A model generated the notes under the pieces. It was not told where the DNA came from and searched no databases. It worked only from the letters and a program-made list of their open reading frames with translations. From Bilabrum cf. latius (taxonomy: Eukaryota), in assembly GCA_965178125.1 (NCBI GenBank), contig OZ237777.1, forward strand, positions 124,001 through 187,823: 63,823 nucleotides of DNA, given 5' to 3'. Each line of letters opens with the position of its first letter. Position 1 is the first letter of the stretch. Shown here one piece after another: positions 11,979-26,100 of this stretch. The position numbers and the translations under genes were made by a program.

Positions 11979-14900
11979 ACATCGTTTGCTCGTCCGGAAC
12001 CCCACATTCGTCACATCATGTGAGTCGGCAGCCTGATGAGGTCGGATTTGCATAAATCCCAGATTGTAACCATAGCGGGACAGTGACCCAATTCGTCAAA
12101 TTGACTTTTAATCATGTCACCGAAGCCGAATTGTCTCCCAATTAGTTTGCACCTATGTCAAAGACTGTCTCTAGCTATCCTAGTGACCGCTCGGTGACTT
12201 TTGTTCGCGACGCGAATGAAGATAATTGCAGCTTCCCTGAGCATGTGATCTACTATGTAATAGTTCAATCCAGTGGAGTGCCCTAATGCTCAGCTGAAGC
12301 GATGATTGACACCTTGCGACCCAGTCGCGACATCAGCTTGGTGCTTCCACATGCATGCAACTTACTACCTTGCTGAATTGTGGAACAGACCGATAAGCCA
12401 CATAATCATAGGTGCGATGATATAGATGCAGAATACCCTCGGCCGCATTACAATACCTGAGACTCATAGTCCAGATCGAGATGAGAAGGGTGTGTCTTTG
12501 ATCAGGCATGGCTGCCAATAGCTGATTGATGAGCATTCTGGGGCCTTGCAGAGTTATCGCATATGTAACATATATAATCAGTATCGTCTCTAACGGGTAT
12601 GGTTGCCGAGAAAGATGGCGGCAGTGATGGTGTGGGCTGCCCGTGACGGGGTGGGTGCACCCGCCGGTGCCACCCGGTCGGCTGACCCCGACCGAATTGA
12701 GAGCATGATCTGCACTGAACTACGGCGCTTGCTGAATAGAAGGCATACATCGCATACATCAATCTCATACAACGGTTTGTCCCTCCTCTTTGAGCTTCAG
12801 GTCGTTGTGGTAATTTACCAGTGCCACCAGTTGTGGTAATCAACCTGGCAGTGCAATGCAGACGGCCCGCCGGAAATCCTATCGGATTAGGATCGAAACG
12901 TCAGCCCAGTTATGGCGCACATATGACCAACCTTTCGACATGAAAGTCCTTGCAGTGCATCGCTGTCAGAGTGGCCAGGTTCCGTAGGCTGCAACAGGCT
13001 CAACAGGCAGCACCTCGCCCAAACCCTCAGTGAGTCCCTCACCACCCGCACCGCCCTCTTCACGAGGACTGCCAGAGACTTCACGGCGTCCAGCTGCCAG
13101 AGTGCCACGAGGACTGCTTGCCCCCGCCCGTGGTCCCACCTTTTTAGAGGCGCCAGAGCTACCCACCATTGCCAGACGTGTGGGCGGTACGCCTCCGTCG
13201 CGGCCTCTGCCATGGCCTCCAGAGGCGCTGCCACCTCCGTCGCTGCCAGTGGTGTGTGGGGGTGGGGGGCTATGGCTCCTCGCCAGTTGCATGGAGGAGG
13301 GGCATGGACTCCGTGTTTGCAGCTGCTGCTGAGGTCCACTGGCTCAGGTATCACCCCCATGAATCGCGTGGACATGAATGGCCATGGATGCAACAAGAAC
13401 TGCGAATGCAACCATAGCCAGCTGATATTCTGTAGCCACAGGCAATGCAGGCCATGGCATGCTGCCCTGCGCTGCGGCCGCTGTCACAGGGCCTCGCCTG
13501 GCACCAGACCCGGCCCGCCACAAGCAGGTAGCCGGGCCCCTGCCCTTCCACCTCACCAATTGACTGCAAAGGCGTTGAGCATGAAACCAATTAACCATCT
13601 ATAAATGCACTGCATATTTCTTATCATAACATTGAACCCCCTCCCCCCACGAGAGCCAAACAATTTCCCAATTGTTTGTCACGGGGTGATATGCAGCTGC
13701 CGCGGCGCATCCACTGCCAGTGGTACGGTACTACCCAGTTCATTGAACGCGCGACTGTGGGGATGCATGGACCAACCAATATTTGATGTTTCTGCGTCTG
13801 GCGGCCTTGTACGACACGAACAGCACAGGCAATATTCTGCGGTCTTGCTTGGCTGCGAAGTCCTCACTCGGATGCTCGAACCGAATTTCTAGTATCACAG
13901 AGAATGGCCACGCTCACCCGTGTGTCTATCCGAATAAATAAAATCTCAGTTGCGTTTTCATGGGTCTGCTACGCAATTAAACTCCAAGGTCAGACTAGAG
14001 GATTTAAGGACCGCACAGGGCATCAAGTCGGGATGGCAAACGATCCGACACGGAGCCGCCTGTCGCGGCCAATGCTTTTGTCCATATGGTATGTACTATA
14101 AGTGTACTGAGCTATTTACGCCCGCCAAAGAGCTGACCGCAACTGGGAAATGCTGACGGGAAGGTGGTTTTAACTATCGTGATGCCACCTACCTCCGCCC
14201 CGCCAGCTCGATCACGGCCTAGCTCTATAGCGGCAGTGCGTTGCCCCAGTTGCCCAGCCTGCCCCGACCATCTTCCGTCAGCAACACGTTACCCGCGGGA
14301 CCTCGTGTGCTGCAGCACCTGTAGCAGCTTGAGCGTCGTGGGGAACCGCTCCATGAGCACTTTAGTACCGCATCACCATGGCCTAGTCGTTGCACGCAGG
14401 CACCCTGCGCACCAGCTGTATGAGGCATAGGAAGCTGAGGGGCACATCAGAGTGGACGACCTCGTGAGTTATGAAAGATGCAGTACATTTCTACCAGAAA
14501 CATGCGGCTCGATTCAGTTCGAGGCTGATTGTAGGTGAATCTTGGTTTCGTCAGTGTAAGGATGTGTTCCTAGCATCCATTGGCGTGGGCCTAATGCTTT
14601 TTTCCCTGGACACGTCTATGAACTTGGAGCATTTTGCCAGCAACTCCATAGCTTCTTGCTCAAGCGCGCAAAGACATAGACATGTTATTACTCTATGACC
14701 ATTGATGCTATGAACTACACAAGTTTGATTGGAAATACTTATTTGGTCTTGCAAATGAACATTAGAGCAAATCTACCTGTAATTTATCAGCTGAAATATT
14801 TAAAGCTGGTCGTCAAGAAAAAGAAGTCAACTGGTGCACACATATTTAATTGATTGAGGATTCTCTTTATCTAGGTACAATCAGGCAGGTATGAATCATG

Positions 14901-15120
14901 ATATCTTACTACCCATCACACAAAAATCATTGGACTGTTAACGCTTTATCACGGACTCACCTAAGGTAGTTACAGCTGAGATTGTTTTAGCAGAAGCAAA
15001 TTGGCATACTATTTTGATCGTACAATTCCAATCAATGTATGAAAGCTTTTTAACTTGCATGATAGGCATGTCACCAAAATAACACTTTGTAATATCATTC
15101 ACAATTGTATCTGGGCAACA

Positions 15121-15180
15121 GTCTGCAAGTAACAATCAGCTGCAAGTAACAATCAGCTGAAAGTAACAATCAGCTGCAAG
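15121..15180. repeat. 17-bp tandem repeat (CAGCTGCAAGTAACAAT) x about 3.5
   Basis: Directly visible. Confidence 0.9.
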
Positions 15181-15510
15181 TTTTGTGAGATTGAATCAGA
15201 TACAATTGAAGCTGTCAATTGAGTAGATACAGTCATGGAATGGTTGTGGAATTGTGGACCAAACCAGTGAACTTGATTGACAATCAAATAAATTTAATAC
15301 AAACCGAGCAAGAGTATGATTGTTTGATCTTATTGTTTATCTTTATTGATGAGACATTCACGCGCTCTAATTCTGGCATCAGCATCGAACCCCATCCGGC
15401 ATTAGGATCAGTACATTCACAACTGATTTGGATATATTGCATTGCTCAATCAAAGATTTACGTTATCGTTGGGACTTGATGTTATTCAGATGCTTGCGAA
15501 TCTTATAATT

Positions 15511-16065
15511 AGAGGTTCGAGGACTACATTCAAGCTAGGTAACCTTCTGTACACACACGAGGAAGAAGCATACCGCAGCTGATGTAATAGAATGTGTTGA
15601 TTCATGACTTGAAATGTTTCAGCTCAAATACTGCTTCTTTTTTGAATATATTCTAAAGTGAGAAGAGAAGCTATCGTTGATGTCTGCAAGAAATTAAGTA
15701 CTTGAACATGGGACTTTCAATTGTTTGTCATTTAATTATTATTAAGCATCCTGTTTCGATCCAACATTGTGCATTTATAACTGATATGGTTCGACATCGA
15801 TCACAGATTAATGACATCGTTTGGACATATTTAGACTTCCAACAAGAGGTTCGAGAACTACATTCCATCTTAGTTAACCCTAGGAACACACGCGGAAGAA
15901 GCACACCGCTGCTGATAATAGAGCATGTGTTAATTCATGACTTGAAGTGTGTCAGCTCAAATTGTGCTTCTTTTGTGAATATTGTGAATATATTGTAAAG
16001 TGAGAAGTTAGGATGTCTGCAAGAAATTAACTGCTTGAACATTCGACTTTCAATTGTTAGTCATT
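15511..16065. repeat. Diverged tandem duplication with a period of about 335 bp in an AT-rich segment
   Basis: 15511-15732 aligns with 15845-16065 (AGAGGTTCGAG.ACTACATTC ... GATGTCTGCAAGAAATTAA ... GACTTTCAATTGTT.GTCATT). Confidence 0.88.
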
Positions 16066-18285
16066 GAATGTTCGTTAGCATCCTGTTGTGCATTCGATAC
16101 ATCATTATCAGGGACACTTAATAGTTCGAAAGTATTCAAACTGCTTGCTCTGTGGTTAAAACAATGGCTAATTGAGAACCAGATGTTTTCACGAAGTGCA
16201 CTGCTATGCATTTGAGTTTTTTGTGTATGCACGAGAAAGGTTTAATTGGCACAATGTTTTTCCCCTTCTTCCCGGTCACCAATGATCATTGTCCTGTATC
16301 TCCATATGCCCCCATCGGAAGGCAGCGGAGAGGTCCACCGCCGCGTCAGGCGCCATGAGCTAGCTGCTTGGAGAGCTACATCGCCAGGGAGGCGGAGGCG
16401 GTGGCAGCCCAACCGTTCTCGGGGGCAAGTGATTAGGGCATCCATCACACATTTGTTGAGTGCAACCTGGCCCCAATATCGCGCAGGGCCTCTCCGCTTC
16501 CAGCAGTGCCTCCCCACGGGGTTGCACCGGGCTGCACGTGGTCCGATATGGTAGCACATCGGCTTGTTTCAGCAAAAAGGTAACGTCGAGCTCTTTCTTG
16601 CTGTGTGTCTGCTGTCTGAACTAGTGAGAATGTATTGTGCCAACTCTCGAATGTACTACATAGGCGCGAAATCGTCTTCACGCATCGTGCTCAGGCTGTT
16701 CGATGCACAGGCCAGCTTCAGCATTTTCGGCGCAAGCATTCGATTTCTTAGCAATTTATCATTCCAAGAATAAACTTAATTTTGGTTGAGTTGCAATAAT
16801 ACTCAGCGCGCTGACAAATTGCCTCATGCAACGGCAAGCAGACATCACCAGAAAATCCGGTGTCTGCCCATGGTTTGCCCATCGGAACGAAGAGAAGCGC
16901 ACGGTAGCCGAGCGCCGTATAGCTTCCCCGGAATCCACAAGTGCAGGGGCATCCGTATTCCCTGGGTCCTTCTCGTGCTTGCCACCCGGGAGGTTCAAGT
17001 GCAACTCAAGTATCTCCCTCTCGGAACAGAGTTCAAGCTGCATAAATCATTGTCGATGATAAATTTAAGAGTGACAAGTTTGGTGATTGTAGATTGCGGA
17101 TCGTTCTCGGTAGCATCTGTCGTCTGTCTCCAGCGCTGCTCCAGTCCACGATCGATCAATGCAATGATTCAATGCCCCCAATTGGTTCGTCCTGCAGCCG
17201 TTCTTCAAGCGAATATTACCATATCGTGTTTCAACAATCTTGGTGAGGTGGTGTATTAATGCCTCGGTTTTAGCAGCCAGATGATATTCTTAAACATTGG
17301 TTTATATATGCAATTCAGTATCAGGTGATCAAACAATTATTATGGGCGTCTATCTGGCCAGTTCGCGCTTTTTGCATACCCTATACTCATTGCTATTGAT
17401 AAAATGAGTTTGGAACGGGGCGGGCTGCTTGGGTAGTTGGCTGTCTGCACGTACGCTGTCCGTGGCAGCAGCGGCGGCGACAGTCGCATCTGGGACACCG
17501 TATGACAGGCTGTCCAACTTGTGGATGGTTTCTAGAGCTTAGCATTATGTTAAACAATAATACGTCAATCATATTTAGTTGCACTTAATTGCAGTCCCTG
17601 ATTTGTCTGGGTGGAAATGATCATTTCCATGGACCGTACTCCAAGCTTGCAACATCATGCACTCGCGGCCAGCCCTGCGTCAGCAGCCATGTCATCGATG
17701 GCAGCCCTGGGCCGACCCTTGTGCTGGTGCACCGTTGCTTCACTCCACGGTGCGTGGTGTGGCGGGCCCGGTACTCAGACTAGCAGCAGGAATATTAGAC
17801 GGGCTGGCCTGCAGCGCCGGGGACGCAGCGGCGGCCGCACCTCCAGTTGCCCGGCCTGTGCCTCCGCCTTCCAATCCGCCGTATCAGCCCATGACCCCAC
17901 CACTCGTCGTATCTTACTCGGCTCCCTCACCCGCTTTTAGGAACCGTCACCCCTCGCCCTTCCCCGTCCACCGCCCCTCCCCCTGCGCGCCACCCCCTCG
18001 TGCCTCTCCTCAGGCTGCCAGCGAGGCTTCTGCTTCATCCACCTGCTTGCGTGCCGTTCGGCAGCCATTCACTCCCGCTCGGCTGCTTGGCTTGGCAGGT
18101 GTCCCTGTGGGTGTTCCTGTTCCCTGCTTCTGCCTTGCCCTCTATCCATAGGGACACCCGCCCCTTGTACCCGATGCTGGCCAGTACTGACCACCGGCAA
18201 GGATCAAGGCAGGTATGCGGACTCAGTGCCGAGCTGTGGTTGAGCTGCAGTGCGCTGCCCCACACTTCGATCCCATCCACCCCCC

Positions 18286-19089
18286 TCATCCATCCTCCAT
18301 CGGCGCCTACTTATCACCTAGCCAGACATCTGCGATGCGGCACGCCTCGTCCATGCTGTCAGAACCAGTACCACGAGTACCACCGTGCCTCCACACCTCT
18401 GGCACGGCAGGTACTCCATTCTCGCGAGCTTGTGCGGCACCCAGCTTGTAACTCAGCACTGCGATGAGGTCCGCAGGGAGCACCTGTGCCCCCCCATCCT
18501 CTTCTTTGTCTTCATCCCCGTTGCTGTCCATGCCCTCCTGATGGGAGGTGTCATCATCAGCGGTAACGTTCTCTACAAGGGCATGGTCCAGCAGAGTCTA
18601 CCCGCTGCCAGCGGGGAGGGTTAACGCCGAGCTTACATCCGAAGCTCTTCTTGCTGTGGCCGCCATGCCCGAAATGCCTACTTCTGCCGCTTCCCTTGAC
18701 GATGCAGAGGTCTGCTTGCCTGTCGCAGCATGCGCTTGCGATGCTACATTTTTTTCTACCTTCAAACTACCCGTCCACCGGTTTTTCCTGCGTCTGGGTC
18801 CAGGCTGGAGTTCACCGTCGTCGCCAGAGGTCTGCTTGACTGTCACAGTAGGCTAATACGATGCTAATTCAGTTAGTTCTACGTCGAAACGGCGCGTCAT
18901 CTTGATTTTTCGGCCTAAGGGCTTATAGAGATCGCCTGATGTCTCGTCGCCGGATCCATCGGTCGAGATATACTGCGGTGAGTGGGTTGCTGCTATGGCA
19001 TAGGGGGCAAGCTGATGTTTCTAGCGATGGCCATTGTTCCATCCATTCTTGCCCACATGGTTCTCACATCTTCCGGGCCGGATCGAGGA
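18286..19089 (-). pseudogene. Hypothetical low-complexity reading frame, about 270 codons under TAG=Gln, probably decayed
   Basis: ORFs 18598..18846 and 18307..18531 and their flanks are in one frame separated only by TAG. No recognisable motif. Confidence 0.3.
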
Positions 19090-19528
19090 TCAGACCAATA
19101 ACCGGGGTCTGAGGAGCTGTCTTCTACATTCTGCCGGTTCTAATTGAGTCCAGGAACATGTACAGATTCATTCATGCTTCATGTGGCAGCATGGAAGAGC
19201 TTCACTAACCCAAATCCTCACCTATGTAGGATCTCCATATGCATGTTCCATATCGCCGTGGTTCCGCCGATAAATTCTGGAACGCTATTCTGTTTGTCAG
19301 AAGGAAAGCAATGTGGATGATCTCTGCCTGTCTATATGTCTGTTTGTCTGAATGTATAGTCTGTGTAAAACTGAATTAGATTCAACCACACATAACAAAT
19401 CGCAAAGATATAGCGTGCGCTTTTGAGTTGAGTCCACAAAATATCAGATCCCCCCCATATGGTATACCGTGCCAGTGGAATGTCTGCACCGTACAATCAA
19501 AACGAGCAGTCTCGCAAGCTTGCAATGG

Positions 19529-20740
19529 ATTCCGCGTATATTGCACTTCGTGGTGGTGGACAAACCACCTGCACCTACCCACAGTAGTTTGGTTTGAGCT
19601 GGTGAGGGGCCGCCGGCTAGCGGCCCTCGCGGCTCGCACCTGCCACGTCGGCCTCGATGGTATCTAAGTTCTGGCAGGCAAGTATGTCTCAGGCCGTAGT
19701 ACCATGACGGTGATGAGAGACCAACGGCATGCTGCCAGGGCACTGACGGGGCAGCAGCAACCAGACAGCCGGCCCACGGCTGGCCGCCAGTGCAGGGCAT
19801 TCCAGCTGTGCAGCACGGGCGCCATGGAATGACTGCTGACCGGGGCACTGACGGGACAGCAGCAGCAAAATACGATGCGATCTCTCTAGTGGTATTCCAA
19901 AGATAGCGCTCCGTACCGTGACTGGGCGAGCCTGCCGCTCTGAGGTGTGCAGTGTCCGGTGCGGTCAGTTGCGCGGCGGCAGGTGCCTCACCTGCACCGC
20001 TGGATGCGGACGCCTGCTATGACTGAGCTAATGCTTCGCAGGTTTCGCCCGAGAGCACTCCTACATCTTTCTGACGACGTCGCGCACTGCCTCGGTTTCC
20101 TCGGCTAAGAACTCCTCCCCGATCGCTAACTCACTTGGCAGCGTTCCCGATTTGTCCATGGCATCGTACTGCTGCTACACGGTCATCGGTCTTTGACCAT
20201 CTGTCACATCCGCAGCGGTCCCCTTTGGTAACCGGAGGCTGCTCGAAAAGTGCAGCTTGTGTCTAGGCAGTCTGCAAAGGTACCACTTGCACATTTGACG
20301 AAGCCTTGCTGATGTAGCGGCATCCGTCTACTAGATAACATCTATATTCCAAATATATGTACCCCTTAATAGTAGGTAAGCATCGATGAGAAGCCTGCGC
20401 AAACCGCACACAATTGCGTCGTCCACAATCCCGAGTACGATACACAGCAAAGTACCCACCGCCGCAAATGCCTACAGCGAAACAGGTGGGATTAGACGCT
20501 AACCTAGATAAATTTGCTTCAGCAAGGCAGTATCTGCGTCAGACAAGTCCTCCATTGGCCAGGAGTTAGGTTTTGACAATCCGTTTCAGCTCCGGATCAT
20601 TTGTATTATACAGTGCAGTTATCAGGTGCTGTACTGCTTTTTTAGGCTAAGGTTAACATTAAGTCAGGTGCTCTAGCACAGACTGCCGCACAGTGTTACT
20701 GTAGCCGCTACACATTGACTTGCATCTAAAGGAGTATAAC
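19529..20740 (-). repeat. Right arm of the long-range inverted repeat (blocks 19529-19655 and 20676-20740)
   Basis: Reverse complement of the blocks at 11852-11978 and 11546-11610. The spacer between blocks is about 1 kb here and about 240 bp in the left arm. Confidence 0.85.
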
Positions 20741-20798
20741 AATCGGAGCAGAAACGTTGCAGTTCCGGCGTACTCGCTCCCTGTTTCGTCGTCCTAGC

Positions 20799-22243
20799 AT
20801 GTCAAATCTGGCAATTTCGCAACGGGTCGCCAGCCTCCGATTGAAGGTCGTGGAGACTCAAAGCGTAGCGGGGGAAGTGGCTCTAACAATCAAAGGTTTA
20901 ACATCTCGCGTGAATGAACTGCAAACCGGACAAGAAACTGTTGCCCGAGCGATCGGCATCACACATCGAAGATCATCAGCTCGGCTTTCAAGCAGCGTGG
21001 CAAGCATGGCAAAACGGCATGTGGAGCACGGAGATATTGAAACGAAAATATCAATGCTGACTGCTCACGTCAAGAGGGCAAAAGTACGCCTCTCTGTTGC
21101 CAAGAAGAGCATCCAGGCTCTGGTTCCAAGGATCGAAAGCCTGTGTTCATCTCAAGGACTCCTGTTGCAGGGGTTTGGCCGGAAAGAGGCCGCCAGAGGC
21201 CAGGCTACCACTAAAACAGGTCGGCCACCGTAGGCCAGGAAGCAACCCGAAAGAGGCAGATACGAGGCAGCGCATGTGCCGAGGGAAAATTATGAGATCA
21301 AACTCTCCATCTAGTAGAGGTCCCTCCGTGCCACAAACATGAAGATTAGGTCGATCGAGGCCAATATCCAGGCCCTGGAGTAGCGCATCAGCGATTTTGA
21401 AGCGCAGTAGAAAATTGCTCAAGGGGTTGGCCTTACCATGTTCAGCTTAGCCTTGAGAACAGGTGCTCTCGGAGCAGGAGGCGTGAAGGGTCTCAAGCGT
21501 TCATCCTCTATGGAGGTCCGGGACCAGACCGCTGGGCCCAGCCTATCAGTTGCGGCAGCCGGGCAGCAGAGCGGTAAGACAAAGACATCTCGAGATAGTC
21601 GTGGCGTTGAGACGAAAGGGTCTGTGCGCAAGAGTGCCTCATCACTGACTGAAGGGTCAGTTAGCTAGGACACCACAGCGGCGGGTGCTGAGTCACTGGT
21701 CCGAAAGAAGAATGGATCCACTGACATCAGGCTTAGTGAGTCGCTTGTCCACCCATGTCTCGCACATTGCCAGCTTCTACCCGCGCGCTGCAACCTACCC
21801 CCCTTGTGCATCCTATCCACCTACCCCTTGTCCTCGAAGTGTATCCTGGAGCTCTGCAAGAGTTTCCAGTTACAGTGATGCTGAACGGCATCAGCCTGCC
21901 CTTCTACCGTCCCAGGGACGACATGCCTGCCCCTACCGAAGTTAAAACCAGACACGGAGGCACGTTCAACGAGTCTGCGGAGCTTGAGGTCAAGGGCCAC
22001 ACTGCACACATACCCTTCAGGGAACTGTATCTCGGGCAGAAGGGCGGAAGACGCTGCTTTGCCCTGTATGATGCAGTGCTCCACGCCAAACTACCGCCGG
22101 GCTGCCCGCGGGTCGAAGTGACCATTGATGGTGTTAGCCATTTAGCGATTTCCTGTAATCGGTGTGGGCTGACTAAGGGCAAGGCCGATGGCAAGGCCGA
22201 TGGCAAGGCCGATGGCAAGAGTGCTGGAAGCATTGCGACGTGA
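20799..22243 (+). CDS. Hypothetical coiled-coil protein, two exons (20799-21735, 21774-22243)
   Basis: ORFs 20757..21233 and 21438..21668 fuse through six TAG codons (21231, 21312, 21315, 21381, 21408, 21666). A GTGAGT...CAG intron at 21736-21773 joins them in phase to 21755..22243, which ends in TGA. GKAD repeats lie near the C-terminus. Confidence 0.65.
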
Positions 22244-23160
22244 CCCTGGGTGCTTTGTTAAATAGCTTCCAAATACATATTTTAAAGTGGCAAGATCCAG
22301 ACACTGCCAACTGCGCGTTCAAGAAGCATGCTGTTGAAGCCCAGGAACGATGACAGGTCGCACGCAGAGGCTGTTGCGGCTGGCTGCGACCAGACAAGAT
22401 GAGATCTTGCACCAGATTCGCCATCAGTCAGAAACCTTGAGCGACTGACTGCCGCACAGTGGAATGCAGCAGGCGCCTATCGTGGAATCGCGGAATACAC
22501 GCAATGCTGCAGGCTTTGGCCCCACCCCGCGTTCCTCCAAGCATCAAAGTCGGGTGGTCGGGGTACTCAAGAAGCTGGTGGCTGACGGGTGCTGGGGTCT
22601 TGGAGCCTGCTGGCCAGCGTGGGGTAGTGCGTGCCTGCGTTAGCTGCCGAATCGATTCACCCTAGCTGCCTCGTGTGCCGCCACCGCAACGATCTCCCAA
22701 CAGCATAATCCTAGCGCAATGGTGAGCTCGCAGTACCGGCAGGTACCTGACATCACTAAAAATCTTGGAGCTCCAGCACCAGGCCAGCGGCCTACATGTG
22801 GGATGGGTCGTATGCCCACACTTCCGACAAGCAATGTGGACAGAGCTGTAACAATGAATAATCAGTTGTAGGTTTACTGCAGAAAGTGCACGATGAACGC
22901 TTCGACTGGCATGTGGTGGCTCGAACTACAAGGCTGAATTGTCGGTTCCTAGTTAGCTTAGTAAATAGCCACGTTTGACGGCCCATTTTGCACACGGAAG
23001 CTGTGCAATACAAATTAATTTTTATGTTTGCGATCAGTGTCTTATAGGGGATCAGGATGGCCAAGGAATAGCCATACTTGCAGCTGCAATCCGGTAATCA
23101 CTTCTAGCGCACTAAAGTGCACGTAACTATACCGGGGAGCTCCGCGGGCGTGGCACTGCC

Positions 23161-26100
23161 ATGACCTAGACTACATAGACGGGCCAGACTGATCACCAGC
23201 GTGCCCCAATGCAACAGCAACTACCGGCTGCGGCTGCCATTGACACACCCCCGGGAGCAACAGTGACTGCTCCGGAACAACCAGGTCGAGGCATGGTTCC
23301 TCAGACATTGTTCGGACGGTTCACTAACATGATCGGAGGTGGACCTGCGATGCAGCCTGCAGAAACTCGGTAGTAGACGACGGAACCACCGCAACAGACT
23401 GCAGCACTACCGCCAGGGGCACCAGCAGCGACGCAAGGACTCGCCCTAACGCCAGCAGCGACGCAAGGACTCGCCCTAACGCGGGCAACACAGGTCGACT
23501 TCCACATCCTCTCGCCTAACAACATGGACAAGAGGGCAGGTGATATAGAGGGCACCTGGGGAGTCGACAGTGCGAGGCTCAACCGATTCAAGCAGGGGCA
23601 ACCAGTTGGAAAAGGGAACGCAGCCTCTATCCACATGACGGAGATCCCGCAGCGCACAAGACAAGCCAACGGATACTGCCTGATAGATTCACTCCAGGCA
23701 CTGGGGATCCACGTGGATTCGGAGTTCTTTAAGGCCATGGCACGCATGCAAGGACTGTACGCCCGCCTGTGCCTCCCACAGGAGATCACCCGGACCTCTT
23801 TCTAGGAGACCGAGATCTCCAAAGAATGCCTTGCGGAGGCCATCTGGATCATGGAGGACCACCTGGTTTTCCCAGACACGGTGAACGAGTGGATTACTGC
23901 CCTGCTACGAGTCCGTATGAATATGAATACAACGGATGACCTCGTTGCTGAGCGAGTGCCGGCGGGAACTCGCATCTGGAGGCAGGTCGGTGAGAATGCA
24001 GAGACGCACGGGAACAGGCTCATGGCTATCTCTGGAGGCAATAAGCGAGCCCTGATTAGGTTTTGTCTTGCCCTTCCTGTAGTGGCAGCTCTGTCAGTGT
24101 CGGTGTATGCGAGGAGGTCGGACATGGCCACGAGAGACTTCGATGCAGGGGCACACGCAAGAGAAGAAGCAGCGGCGCTGGTGGCCGCAGCCCAGCGCCG
24201 CACTAGCGACCCCTTCAAGGCCCAAGTAGCCTGGTATATCCAACAGGCGGTGGCTACCTACACTGCAGACGGAGTCTCGGTGGGAGAGCTACCTTGCTCG
24301 CTCTCCGTCACGCTCGCAGCAGAGATCACGAGGACGGCCATCATGAGCATCGCAATCCAAGGAGAGAACTTCTCGCTACATCGCCACCTGCCCAGTTCGA
24401 CTGAGACGATGGGATCAATCGGGGCGAGAGGATGCGTCAGGGTGGCAGGAGGGCACTACTCCGCAGTACGACTAGCCGATCTACCGCTGAGTATGAGAAT
24501 GGACTCGGGGCTACACGGTTTTTCATTTTCGTCCGGAAGCAAGTCCCTCCAGGAAACCCTGACGTCGATCCCACACAGTGTGGCCGAGTGCCTCTGGAGT
24601 CCCGGCGGCGGAGGAACTGCGCTTCTGACTACTCCGTACGATGCATTTGAACCACTCGTGGTAGGCACGGGTAACCTCTTCGGGCCGCCAGAGCACTTAG
24701 GCTGGCAGGGATGCGCGTAGCTCCCCCTCGCCGTTCTAGCTGGCCTAGACCCCAGCTCCACCATCATGCACACACTCCGCACCTATTTTGGCGAGGAAGG
24801 GGAAGGAATCCACGGGCTTAGCCTGCGAGGACTCACACTGTCAGTGATGGCCCTGGCACAGCAGCGAGGGGGTTCAGTGCGACTCCACCCAGCCGACAAA
24901 GAGGGGACCAGCCTTGCCAACTGGTGTGAGCGACTCAACTCGGACGCCACCGATGACCAAGCGATCCAGGGCACGATGAATATTGCCATCTCCCGCACCC
25001 ACTGTGAGGTCTTCATCCCTACAGGAATCAATCCGCCGGGTGGACACGGGTCCCGGAGGCACGCCTGCCTGGTGCTGCGACCTGAGCAACGGGAGGAGGA
25101 AGGAGATGCGGATGCCAGAGTTGTGCGTACGCTGTCAACGAGAGGGGAACTGAACGAGGAACCGGTCATGGTCCTATCAGTCCGCCCAGGAGACCAATGG
25201 GAGGACGGAGTGACCGGGGCGGAACTGCTTGGAGCTCTCCGGGTGATGCTTACGGATGAGCAGAGGACCGATAGGACCTGGATACCGGAGTGCTTCCCCT
25301 GGATCAATAACCGCAATGTGGTAGTGGGGGACCGAGAATCTGTGTGGTTAGTCGCCCCCGGGACAAGCACGGCACATCAGCCACGAGGCGTCCAAGGTAC
25401 TCGCGGGGGCTGGGATCAGATCAGGATCATGGACACGACCCCGCCCAAGCAGGTCAGGATTGCAACCAAAAATCTGGGACGCAAAGGGAACCTCGAAGCG
25501 ATGGAGGTTGCCCTTACGGAGACCAAGATGCCCGATGTGTTTGTTGGCACGGAGACACAGGATGCTAGAGGACGCTACGTCACTGACGTCCCGGACCTGT
25601 ACGCGATGGAGACGAGGGCAGGAAACGGAGCCCCACACGGGGTATGCGTCGCCGTCAAACGAGATTCAGGCCTCGTACTGAGACGGTGGGCAGACATGGG
25701 AGATGATGACCTGGACGCGCCGGACTGCCTCGTATGTGACGTCCTGCACCACGACCGACACATGCTGACGGTGATAGCCTGCTACAACCCACCGCAAGGG
25801 GCTGCCCTCGGGGCAGAGACAAGGGGCTCAGTATTGGGCAAGGCTTTCGTGGTCGATCCCCAGCTGACCCTTGGACAGCGACGGAGTCAAGGACCGGCAG
25901 GCAATTTCACCAGGGACCGACTTGTGGTTACCGGTGACTTCAACCCGACGTAGGCCCGGGACCAAGAGGGAGCTGGTCAGATGGACTGGTATCTGGAGAA
26001 CGACATGGGTATGATCGACATGTACCGAGCACCTGCAGGGGGCGGGCCTACGCACAGAGGAGGCAACACACTGGATGCCATCTGCATCTCCACTTCTGCG

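Noticed and set aside
14400-17600. Intact gene or endogenous virus in the AT-rich segment
   Set aside because: Only short frames with TAA/TGA breaks were found, with no capsid, polymerase, ATPase or transposase motif.
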